Source: Octopus sinensis
Taxonomy: Eukaryota
Assembly: GCF_006345805.1 (NCBI RefSeq)
Contig: NC_042997.1
Coordinates: 67,456,001-67,520,000 of the forward strand
DNA length: 64,000 nt
Direction of reading: 5' to 3'
Shown here: piece by piece, positions 28,829 to 40,285 of the stretch
Layout of the letters: every line of letters begins with the position of its first letter
How positions within the stretch are numbered: position 1 is the first letter of the stretch
Translations under genes and position numbers: made by a program
The notes under the pieces: generated by a model
What the model saw: the letters and a program-made list of their open reading frames with translations, nothing else
The model's database searches: none
Told to the model about the DNA's origin: nothing

Positions 28829-29113
28829 ATCTATATATAAGCATAAGCTTACACACACACACACACACACATACATACATACATTCATACATGTATGTAT
28901 GTATGTATGTATGTATGTATGCAATCGGCAGTAGTGACAGTGACTCAAGGCCCAAGTCTTTCGTGCATAGAACGTATCAAACACGCACACACGCACATAC
29001 ATTCACACGCGCGCACGTATTTGTGTGTGTGTGTGTGTGCGTATAGTAGAGCGAGCGCATAAAATTTTATCTATTCAGATCCACTAAAGAAAGTAGACAG
29101 CATGAAATCTTAC

Positions 29114-29195
29114 CAAGAAGGCATTTCTTTGCTTTCATCTCTTCTATCTTTTCAGATACAGGCCTGTCCACGGAGATTTCCCTTAGATCAGGCAT
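29114..29195 (-). CDS. CCDC151: CCDC151/ODAD3 coding exon 1
   Basis: ATG at 29195; MPDLREISVDRPVSEKIEEMKAKKCLL then G|gtaag donor, phase 1; joins to (D)GDRKA as in the LL-E/D-GDRKA motif of CCDC151. Confidence 0.8.
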
Positions 29196-29463
29196 TTTTG
29201 TTGCGCTAATTTCTGTCACCAGCAAGTGCTCTCAAATGTTTACGTTGGTATCTAAGGTATGCTTCATTGGCAACACTTAAATAACAGTAAGGGAAGTAAC
29301 TGAAAGAAATCAAGTCCCTTAACTTTGTTGAATTTTCACCTTTAATTCTGACTGTGTGCAATTACGTACGTACATAGAGAGCAAAAATAAAGAAACACAC
29401 AAAGACTATGTGAAAGAACAACAAACGGTGTATTTGGTTGACCCCCTAGAAAAAGGGAAGAAG

Positions 29464-29500
29464 TCTTTAACGTTTCGAGCCAACGCTCTTCTCAGAAAGA
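29464..29500 (-). ncRNA. Minimal hammerhead motif with a 1-nt core deletion
   Basis: UCUUU-CUGA-GA-A-GAGC(GUUG)GCUC-GAAACGUU-AAAGA; related to the 38166-38200 copy. Confidence 0.6.
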
Positions 29501-30879
29501 ATAGATTAGGGGAGAGACGTGTCTGAGATAAACGGTCGAGGTATGACATGCATACATACATGCATGCATGCATGCATGCATACATACATACATGCATACA
29601 TACATACTACATACATACATACATACTACATACATACATACATACATACATACATACATACATACATACGGCTTATATACAAATGCATGCCCATCCAACA
29701 CACCAATTTTGTTTCTTATAACTTTCAGAAAATGGACACTTTTTTAATGAATTTTCTACAATACCTTTTAGATGATGTACATACCGATTATAAGGGAATT
29801 TGTTGTGAAATAGTTTTACAGAGGAAGTAGGGAAGTTTCGGATAATTGACACGAATCGATTTTGTTTCCTCATATATTTCAGAAAAATGAGTAGTGTGGG
29901 GCAAAATGGGTAATTTCTGATTTTGTATTTATTTTGTTTTTATCTGCTTTAAATTATTATATTACAATTATCGCAGCATCTTTGGGAGTAAAAGTTGGTC
30001 AGTATAGTCATTGTTGACGAAATTGAGAGAGTTTGGACTAGTCAGTTGACAAGTACATTCTTTCAAGAAATTTTTCTACTTTGACCCGGCTGTAATTGAA
30101 GCTGCTAATAAACTTTCTAGATAGTTTTTGGTGTCTAACAATCAATATTCTTTTCTCTGTCAATTTTTTTATCACCATAATGTCCATAATTTTCAATTTT
30201 CAAAAAATTACGTCTAAATTGGGGCAAAATGAGTAATGACTAATTTCAATAATTTCTTCCCTTGAACTGCATAATGCGTGGATATATTGAGAAGAGATTC
30301 ACTGCAGCAAATCGTAAAGAAACTATAGAGAATATTTCACGTTGCGTATTTAGATTTAGTCGTGTTTCATTAATTTCATATCATGCCATTTTTCCTCTTT
30401 CATTTGATATAGATTAAAAAAAGAAATTGATGCATTTCTGATGTCTAAAAACGGATATTGATGTACAGCATTTGTTGCTGTTTTTTTGTTGTTTTTTTTC
30501 TTATTAATAGTTCGATTACTATGATTTGAGGATATTTATCATCATTTTGCTAACTTACTTTATTCATCAAGTTACAGCAAAAAGCAGCCTAGCTTTCAAA
30601 TAGAGATTGAAGCCATCTTTCTGTCAGTTCTTTGACCCCATGCTGATACCAGTTCTTGTCCTTCCAGGCAAAGAACTCCTTCACTGAAGCTTGCACCTTC
30701 ACTTGGTTCATGAAGCTTCAACTTCCTCTTACTGCATGTACTTTATATGCACTTTCTGACAAGTTGTGGTGCACCTGAGCACTATACACACAATTTCATT
30801 ATTATATTATTTTAAAGTGAGCCATGGATTATTATTTGTTCCGATCCATGGCTCACTTCCTACACACGTGGTGCCTCAA

Positions 30880-31797
30880 CGATGAGGAGGTGAAAGCGTT
30901 AATGAAGGAGTTCAATGATTAGTATGGTGTGTAACGCCACCACCAGTGGCCAATTGTCACTCATCTGTCTTGCTTTATGACTACGAAGATGACTCTTGAG
31001 TCCAGCTTTACTGAGGCAGGGTCTTGCACAGATATTGCATGTCAGCATCATAAGAAGCCCCTTCCCATCTGGAAGTGTAACGGCGATGCCCTTCCTGACA
31101 TCCCTCCTTACTTTCTCATGCGCAACTCGAGATTTCCCAAAAGTAGCTGTTCCCTCGTGCACAATCCTTCTCCACCTGCTACGATCAATAGCTATGCCTT
31201 CCTATGTGTCAGGAGAGATGCAAGCAAGTCTTAAGGAAGCCTTCAGCAAGTCCTCATACCTCTTTTTTGGTTTATGTGGGGGTCGTTCTCCTTCAGCTAA
31301 TTCTCCATAAATAAGTTGTTTTGGCATCCTTGAATCCTTCATCCTGACCAGATGACCACTCCATCTGAGCCTTTGCTTTAACACAAGAGCTTCTATACTT
31401 TCGCACCGAGAGCCTTCCAATATTTCAAGATCACTGATGCGGTCATCCCACTTAATGCCATAGATCCGTCTGAGACACATCTGATAGAAACGTTCCAGTT
31501 GTTTAAGTTGGTATCGATATGTGACCCACGTCTCGCAGGCATAGAGAAGAGAAGGGAGCACACATGCCTTGTACACCTTTGCCTTTGTCTTTCTGCATAT
31601 GTCTCGCCAACTCCAGAGGCGCCTTTCTAGTCTTCCAAAAGCATCACTTGCTTTCCTAATTCTGTATGGAATTTCATCATCCAAATTGCTATATCTATTA
31701 ACAGTGCTTTCCAGGTAGACAAACTGATCAACTACATCAAGTCGTTTACCGTACACATAGATATTTGGTACAGTATACTGCTTACCAGGGCTTACCA
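30880..31797 (-). mobile_element. 5'-truncated RTE-clade LINE (end of RT and C-terminal C2H2 finger)
   Basis: LLYACETW, QRLRWSGHLVRM, RMPKQLIYGEL, CNIC..LKSHLRSH. Confidence 0.88.
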
Positions 31798-33614
31798 CTT
31801 ACGTACGTACATACATACATACATACATACATACATACATACATACATACATACATACATACATACATACTTACATACATGTATATACGTGTGTGTGTGC
31901 GTGTGTGATCTACTTATATAGAATTTTGGTTTCTCTAATTCGTTTTTCTTTTCCTTTTTATTGGCGATAGAATCATTAAACTTTTTGTTGTCACTGTACA
32001 CAAAAGCCATATCTTGTGCAAAGTATGTGCACACCGAATACTTGCTTATGTTAAATGTAAATTTGAAACGGAAAACTTGGAATTAATTACTGTATTATTT
32101 AAGGCAATTAATACTGTGCGCTCATTAATTCCAATTGTACGCTTGTTGCACCCGCGCATATCTTACAGTGAACAGTAACACCCTCTGTAATTGGCACTGA
32201 TTTTTGTGACTTCGCCACCCTAGAGGATGACAATGGTAATGGTGGTGGCGGCGGCGATGATGATGAGAAGGAGGAAGACGATGGTGGTGGCGATGGTGAT
32301 GATGATGATGATGATGGGAGGGGGATAATCATGGCAATGATGGTTGTGATATTGATGACAAGGACGATGGTGGTGGTAACGATGAATTAGAAGATAGATA
32401 ACATCGTTTCGTTTACTCTAACAGTTTATCAGTCTTGACCTTATTTTTGTTTAACTTTTATCAGTTAGATAGAATGCCCTTGCCTTTATTGTCCTTTATA
32501 GACCTTTTTTTTACTCTTTTTTTTATTACTATTTTCTTTTCGTCTGTTCAACTTAGTTTAACTGTTTTTTCACAATCTTAAAGTATAAGATTACAACTTT
32601 GAGGTTTCTCAAACAACTATTACTTTACTAAATTACGTAATAAACTATATTTATAATAAAGACCTACGAAATTTCGAGAACGTATTAAAACTCCTTACTC
32701 ATTAAAAATGATAAATACATCTTTTATATTCGAATAAAATATCGATTTCAAATCTTAGCACAAGGCCAGCAAGTTCGGGGGAGGGGTAAGTTGATTACAT
32801 TGACCTCAGTGCTCAACCAGTACTTATTTTACTGACCCTGAAAGGATCAAATGCTAAAATCGACCTCAACAGAATTTGAACATAAAGTCGAATGAAATAC
32901 CTGTTTCTTTACTACCCACAAGGGGCTAAACACAGAGAGGACAAACAAGGACAGACAAACGGATTAAGTCGATTATATCGAGCCCAATGCGTAACTGGTA
33001 CTTATTTAATCGACCCTGAAAGGATGAAAGGCAAAGTCGACCTCGACAGAATTTGAACTCAGAACGTAGCGGCAGACGAATTACCGCGGAGCGTTTTGCG
33101 CGGCGCGCTAACGATTCTGCCAATATCATTAAGTAAAATATTATTGCATATTTAGAATATGCCAGACCAAAACTATTTGGATGCAGTGGTTGAAATAACA
33201 GGTTATTTCTTCATTTTAATAATTTGAGCCATCAATAAAGTTTTTTTTTTTATTCTTACAAAATCAAAAAGCAGCACAGCACCTGTAACTATCGCAGACA
33301 TTTTTCACGCTCAGCATTGTTGAAGCATGAAAAGATATGAGCTACTTGGACATCGCATTTTACAAAAATTCTAGAAATTCACCCACACTACTTTTGATGT
33401 GCTTATGTCACCTTTTCTCTTTGTGGCTCTTTTAACGTTTATTTTTCTAATATGATTTCTTTTCTTTTTTGTTGTGGATGGTGGTGGTGGGTTATTCTGT
33501 GTACTATGCATACACTTTTAGGTATCATTGCTGTCTTTCTTTGCTTGATTTATTGCAGCATTTTTCTTGACATATTGCTGCTTTCTATCTCCACTTTTGC
33601 TCTTTTCCGACGAG

Positions 33615-33658
<44 letters not shown>

Positions 33659-33666
33659 CTTCGTGT

Positions 33667-33746
<80 letters not shown>

Positions 33747-33749
33747 GTA

Positions 33750-35030
33750 CGTGAAGTGTACTCCAGAAGGTTTGAAACTTTTTTTTAGGAGAGGCAATTA
33801 TAACTGTCCTGGATTGTTGCAATATCAGTTTATCGTTACTATACAACTAATAAGCTGACTAGTCAATTTTTTTTAAATTCCAGATTGAAGGAGACCGTTG
33901 TGGTAGGCACTTTGAAGACACCCTGTTAAACACTGCTTGTCACAGATGATTAGTTTACAGAATGCAGTCGGGACGAGAAGGAAATTTGGAAGCTTGCTAC
34001 GCAGTAAAGTTTAGTGCTAAATTAGGCAAAAACATTACAGAAACTTATATTAAAAAAAAAACTCCAGGCCGCTTATGTATTAACTTGTGTGTATGTATTA
34101 ACTTGTGTGAGCTGATCATTTGTCCTTCGCTGGCACGAGAAGTTCAAGGTCTGTAGAGCGAAAATGAGAGACGATGAGAAGTGTGGGAGAGAAAGGAGCA
34201 TCAAGAACATCAGAGCTGTTTGAGAAAATTCTCAATTTTCTGGGTGAAGACAGTCGTGTGTCTATAAAGATTAAAAGCATACAGTTTGCAGTTGGCATGA
34301 CAACTGTACACGGTATTATTGATGAAGATCTGAGCATGTGCAAAAGTTTGTTTCCAGGGTGTCCAGTGATGAACAGAAGGAAAGACGCATTGGTGACAGC
34401 ACAGAGACGGTTGAGTCCATTACCTCCAATCCAAGAGTACTTGAATCTCAGTGACTTATGACCAAAGTTGGATTTACTGCTATGATCCACAGACCAAAAG
34501 GCAGAGTGCCCAATGGAAGCATCCTGGATTCCCCAGACCCAAGAATGCCAGGCAAAGCAAGTCCATTGGAAAGCTCATGATGATCCCCCCTTTTTTTGCG
34601 ACAGCAAGAGCATCATCGCATCCACTGGGATCCCTTTGGCCAGACAGTCAATAAAGAGTACTTTGTGATTGTTTTGAGGGAGTTCAGGAAGAGATTTCGT
34701 CGCAAAAGGCCAGAGCTTTTCCATTCAGGCCGCTGGTATTCACACTAGGATAATACACCTGTCAACAATTCCATCCTAGTCACCAACTACTTGACAGAGA
34801 CGAGCATCAAAACTGCCTCTAACGTTCTCTACAGTCAAGACCTTGGTCCCTGTCACTTTTGGTTGTTCCCTAAGAGGAAGAACCTCAGGGGCAGTCGTTT
34901 TGAAGACATCGAGAAAATGAAAGCAGCTGTTGGGGGTCCTACACACCTTCACTTCGTAGGACTATCACGGGGGCCTTCACGAAGTGGTTGGAGCGCTACA
35001 ATAAGTGTATTGAAGTTAGAGGATCCTACT
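33750..35030 (+). mobile_element. Degenerate mariner transposon
   Basis: Frameshifted transposase motifs SWIYCYDPQTKRQSAQWKH and YSQDLGPCHFWLFPK (YSPDLAPxD-like); boundaries approximate. Confidence 0.85.
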
Positions 35031-35081
35031 ATATATATATATATTTATATATATATATATTATATATATATATATATATAT

Positions 35082-35401
35082 AAAATATTATTAGAGACAA
35101 AACCACTATTTTGCATAACAAACAAGGAAAGACTTAATCAATACATAAAATTTTAATAAATAGTCAAAAAAACCGCCACTACAATCGTTTCTTGTCTTGA
35201 TCGACAATCTTCAGGTGGACTTCCAATAATTCAGTGTCAAATTTGACACTGAATTATTGGAAGTCCACCTGAAGATTGTCGATCAAGACAAGAAACGATT
35301 GTAGTGGCGGTTTTTTTGACTATTTATTAAAATTTTATGTATTGATTAAGTCTTTCTTTGTTTGTTATGCAAAATAGTGGTTTTGTCTCTAATAATATTT
35401 T
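35082..35401. repeat. 320-bp spacerless palindrome; probable inverted Penelope-like terminal repeat
   Basis: Centre CAAA|TTTG at 35241/35242; one mismatch seen between the 160-bp arms; carries hammerhead motifs; flanked by (TA)n. Confidence 0.9.
35265..35307 (+). ncRNA. Minimal type I hammerhead ribozyme motif (mirror copy on - strand at about 35176-35218)
   Basis: CCAC-CUGAAGA-UUGUC(GAUCAA)GACAA-GAAAC(GAUU)GUA-GUGG: intact core, stems I and II, minimal stem III. Confidence 0.8.
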
Positions 35402-35483
35402 TAATATTTTACTATAAAATCGATTTAATCCTAAATCTGATTTTTTCCCTGTAAATTTGGATTTATTCCCTAATATTTATTAT

Positions 35484-35559
<76 letters not shown>

Positions 35560-35560
<1 letters not shown>

Positions 35561-36058
35561 TAGCAGTATCGCCCGGCGTTGCTCGGGTTTGTAAGGGAAA
35601 TAACTATATAAGCATTTTTAGAGAGTTACTTCCTTTATAGATGCCAATTCGGGCTTTCTTAGCCATTTCTGTTTTGGTGTCTTCAAGCCATGAAGTCGTT
35701 GTTCTAAAAGAACGCTGGTCTCCTTGACAACGCATTACGACGTTGATTTCCTTAAACTCCCTTCCCCACAGCTTCACGAGGGAGGGAAGAAGGGGGAGAA
35801 GCAAACACAGGTGCAGGTGTTTGAGCGTGGACGCCAACTCCGCCGCCATCGACACACGAAAAATTATGCATTAAAATGGAATAAAAAATGATGTTAAATT
35901 ATTTTTAAAATCGTAGACTCATCGTAGACGCGCGCTAATAGCCAGACGGGCTCGATATTAATCACGACTATAAGATACCCGGTTTTGGTTAAACTGCACC
36001 GCAAAATGTGGGAGGAGTTAGACAGACACTCACACAACTACAGTTTTATATATATAGA
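35560..36058 (-). mobile_element. Non-autonomous Helitron
   Basis: On - strand: 5' TC start; 3' hairpin CCCGAGC-AAC-GCCGGG then CTAG; sits between A and T; near-identical to 37217-37733. Confidence 0.85.
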
Positions 36059-36450
36059 TATATATATATACACTGTATGTATTATGTTTTATTTTTTATA
36101 ATTCGGTGTTTTTATGAAATAATTGTGGAAATATTTTGTGTATTGTCGAAGTTTAATCAATTTATTGCACAAATTTTAACAACAAAATTATATGTAGACC
36201 TCGGTTGAGAACCACCGGTGTAAATCGTTTTATCTCTAGGGTAACAGTTTTGCGCCTGTCAGATATGACAAAGATTAGAGCCCTTAATCTAATCTTCAAC
36301 TTACATTTATCATACTTCCAGAAGAAGTTTGACTGAATATATTCGAGAGCTGTTTCATCTCAAACCTATTGCTTATTTTATTCAAGCATTCCAAGCTTAT
36401 TATATCCATTCGTCGATATAACCATACTTTGGAGCTTCTCAGTCTGATTA

Positions 36451-36515
<65 letters not shown>

Positions 36516-36807
36516 TTGACAGAAGAGCATTTTATTAGGATATAATCATGTATTTACGTTGAAGATAATGAAAAACATTCATCATTAAATCATCCAGTTA
36601 GTTGGTCATTCGGAAACAACCTTAAACTATGTCCTTATTGTTGTATGAAATAGCTGAGTTAGTTAACAAAGGCATTTCACACGGAACATGATTGTGACAT
36701 TGTATTTCAAAATGTATCATAGTTGTTGCCTAAACTCAGTATGTATGCATGCATGCATGCATGCATGTATGTATGTATGTATGTATGTATGTATGTATGT
36801 ATGTATG

Positions 36808-36865
<58 letters not shown>

Positions 36866-36942
36866 TATAAAAATTATATATAAAGAAACAAGAACGTGAA
36901 CTACACAAAGGGACGAACACAAAAAACGGACGGGTCATTCGA

Positions 36943-37014
36943 AGCCTTTAATCTTCAGTCAGAAACCGGATCATCATAGTAAATTTCGGCTGATTAATCC
37001 TGATATTGCTCCGA
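36943..37014 (-). ncRNA. Candidate scrambled-order hammerhead-like RNA (family B; truncated second copy at 39341-39387)
   Basis: AGCAAU-A-UCAGGA / AGCC-GAA-AUU(U)ACU (AUUGCU in second copy) / UUCUGA-CUGAAGA (UCUUGA-CUGAUGA in second copy). Confidence 0.45.
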
Positions 37015-37216
37015 CACGGCCAGCCCCAATGAAAAACTAAGCTGCGAGCATTAGATTTCTTGGGAAAAGGAGCGAATGTAAACGAATCAAGGACAGAAAA
37101 ACGGACGAAGCCACACGAATATAAATACAAAAAACAAAAGCAAAAACAAGAATGGTAATAACAGGATAACAGCAGGTGTCTTACGACTTTAGACAAATTT
37201 AGACAAATTTAATATA

Positions 37217-37733
37217 TCTATATATATAAAACTGTAGTTGTGTGAGTGTCTGTCTCCTTCGATTTAGATTCCTAACTACTCCCACATTTTGCGGTGCAGT
37301 TAAACCAAATTCGGGTATCTTATAGTCGTGATTCATATCGAGCCCGCCTGAGTATTAGCGCGCGTCTACGATGAGTCTACGATTTTAAAAATAATTTAAC
37401 ATCATTTTTTATTCCATTTTAATGCATAATTTTTCGTGTGTCGATGGCGGCGGAGTTGGCGTCCACGCTCAAACACCTGCACCTGTGTTTGCTTCTCCCC
37501 CTTCTTCCCTCCTTCGTGAAGCTGTGGGGAAGGGAGTTTAAGGAAATCAACGTCGTAATGCGTTGTCAAGGAGACCAGCGTTCTTTTAGAACAACGACTT
37601 CATGGCTTGAAGACACCAAAACAGAAATGGCTAAGAAAGCCCGAATTGGCATCTATAAAGGAAGTAACTCTCTAAAAATGCTTATATAGTTATTTCCCTT
37701 ACAAACCCGAGCAACGCCGGGCGATGCTGCTAG
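37217..37733 (+). mobile_element. Non-autonomous Helitron followed directly by a truncated related 5' part (37734-~37871)
   Basis: A|TCTATATATATAAAA ... cccgagcaacgccgggcgatgctgCTAG|T. Confidence 0.85.
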
Positions 37734-38165
37734 TCTTTAGATATAAAAGTGAAGTTGTGTGTCTGTCTCCTACGATTTAGATTCCTAACTATTCCCACAT
37801 TTTGCGGTGCAGTTTAACCAAAACCGGGTATCTTATAGTCGTGATTCATATCGAGCCCTTCTGGGTATTAGATGTTGATGTGTTTACGTCTCCGTAATTT
37901 AGCGGTTCGGCAGATAAGATCAAGAGAATATGAGTACTAGGCTTACAAAGAATAAGTCCTGGGGTCGATTTGTTCGACTAAAGGCGGTGCTCCAGTATGG
38001 CCGCAGTCAAATGACTAAAACAAGTAAAATAATAAATGAAAAGAATATATATACATATATAGTTAAAGTTAATCCAAACAAGAAAACACAAAAAAACATA
38101 ACAATGCGAGGACGTGGAACAAATATAGTATTATTGGACGCTCAGGAAAGAAGGGAAGAAGGAGG

Positions 38166-38200
38166 GTTTAACGTTTCGGGCGGAGCTCTTCGTCGGAAAC
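38166..38200 (-). ncRNA. Minimal hammerhead motif, slightly degenerate
   Basis: GUUU-CCGACGA-A-GAGC(UCC)GCCC-GAAACGUU-AAAC; U4C core variant and one stem II mismatch. Confidence 0.6.
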
Positions 38201-38251
38201 ATAGGAGAAGGGAAGACAGAGGAAAAAAATCGCCAACGGTACACACGAGGT

Positions 38252-38297
<46 letters not shown>

Positions 38298-38434
38298 ATA
38301 TATATATATATATATATAAACAGGGCTTGGACACAATAATAAAGACACCTTAAAATTTCATACAAATTTTCAAATATAATAATAGAATTATTTTATCTCC
38401 GACAAAAACTATCTTTCCAAGGACAGTTCCTTTT

Positions 38435-38476
38435 TAACCCTGAAGAAGGGACTTGTATATCCCGAAATATTGGATA
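38435..38476 (+). ncRNA. Minimal type I hammerhead motif
   Basis: UAACC-CUGAAGA-A-GGGA(CUUGUAUA)UCCC-GAAAUAUU-GGAUA; palindromic AAUAUU stem III; one mismatch in stem I. Confidence 0.65.
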
Positions 38477-39190
38477 CATATACCACCAAAGTTTAACAAG
38501 TAACTTACTTTTAGTTTACGTTACCTCATCTTAAAATCTATTTGTATCGTTTGGCCTTTTAAATCTTTGAACGGTATATGTATTTCCGTTTATGAAATCT
38601 ATCGTCATTATTTTTAAAAATAAGATCTGAGAGGCTGGGTAACTGGTCCCATTTTGAAAGGAATTAGTTTATTGATTGATAGTAATGGAAAAGAAACAAT
38701 AAAGACTTGTGCACGACAGAGGAAATGATATGTCTAAAGTTTTCAGGTGCAAATTCATTGACCTGATCAATTTCTTTATAACAGGAGTCGCAGCATAAAA
38801 GCGAATGTAAATGCACTCAGTTAACAACTTCAGTAACGATGTCCCAAACTAATCAAGTAGAAACAGCATAGTTTGTTAGCCACATAATAGCGAATGTGGA
38901 GCACTTGTTTAACGGCTACAGTAAAACTGCCTCACAATTAATCTCGTAATAGCAACATAATTTTTTGAAACCACAGCTGGTGTTGATATGCATAATTACA
39001 TAAGAATACTGAATTCACTTGTTAAGACTTTCAAGCAAACCCAGTTGAGATAACTACATCTCTCATTCCATGATCTTGAAAAATCATAAATGTATTTACA
39101 TAACAATGACCATTCCCCTTAGCAAGAAATCAGGTGTAGGGTTAAAATTAGAGTTGTTATCACTTATCCCTCTCTCCCCTCCTATCTCTC

Positions 39191-39256
<66 letters not shown>

Positions 39257-39383
39257 TAAACAGTAAAAATAATTACAGACATGGACAAGAACATGAAACA
39301 CCACAGAGACGACACAAGAACCACAGGACGGGACATTCGAAGCCCTCAGTCATCAGTCAAGAACCAGATCATCTTAGCAATTT

Positions 39384-39423
<40 letters not shown>

Positions 39424-39804
39424 TATATATTATATATACATATGTGTGTGAGTGTGTGTGTGTGTGTGTGTGTATAAATATATATATGTATACACACACC
39501 ACACACACACACACATATATATATTTTATATTATATATATATATTAAAAAGCAGCAAAAATATCAAAAAACCTGTTACTCAAACTTTCACGTTTCCTTTC
39601 ATCGGACAGTTTTGTTTGTATGTATATATACGTATATAATAAGAGAGATGCGCGCATATATGTGTATGTATGTATGTATGTATGTATGTATGTATGTATG
39701 TATGTATGTATGTATGCGTGTATGTGCATGTGTGCACTCGCATAAGCATGTGTATGCATATGTTTGAATATACAAGCAAAAAAGCTCCAATAATAATAAT
39801 AATA

Positions 39805-39835
<31 letters not shown>

Positions 39836-39836
<1 letters not shown>

Positions 39837-40285
39837 TTCTGCTCAATACCACAGATTTGCTTGTCAGTTGTTTGACCTTAACCAGTTGAGCATGTTCCTT
39901 AGTGGCTGACGATATGTGCATCTCTGATCACGAGCAGAAGTAGTGGGGGAGCATCATAGCCATGTGTTGAGAAGGATTCTTTGGGGTTTGAATAATTCAC
40001 CTCTGGAAATATGGGTGTTTCGTTCAACGTCCTTAAACAACCCTTATTCAGGGACCTTTTGAGCGGGATGGGTTACTCGATCTGAAGAAAATTCTAACTG
40101 GGCTCCACCTGCAAGGTCATGTGCTGTTTATCTTGATATGAGATCACCATGTCGCGCACATATGGTTGTGATGCATGTGCCTGGTGTACCCTTATCAGAC
40201 GGGTAGTCATGATGGGTATACTGGGCTTCGTATATTTTACCCCAGTGTCACTTTGATGCCATGCTCTGCTCGCTCACTCAATAAT
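39836..40285 (+). repeat. Interspersed repeat ending in (AAT)n; shorter copy at about 17987-18235
   Basis: Shared caacccttattcagggacctttt...cccagtgtcactttgatg...ctcactcaataataat; both copies lie in AAT microsatellites. Confidence 0.75.

Noticed and set aside
28336-29046. 236-aa ORF and similar YIYI/HTHT/YVCM ORFs
   Set aside because: Read-through of SINE and (TA)n/(CA)n/(TACA)n microsatellites with no protein-like signal
29890-33610. Possible pogo/Tigger-like remnant (ggggcaaaatg repeats near 29897 and 30221; Cys/His-rich fragment near 33280-33360)
   Set aside because: No matching TIR pair or clear transposase motif, so too degraded to call
36190-36300. Cluster of small hairpins suggestive of a pistol, twister or hammerhead ribozyme
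   Set aside because: I could not fit the conserved core of any known class by eye; it needs an Infernal/Rfam scan
35604-37689. Duplicated 83-aa ORF MSMAAELAST...
   Set aside because: It lies inside two copies of a non-autonomous Helitron, so the identity reflects the repeat, and no domain is recognisable
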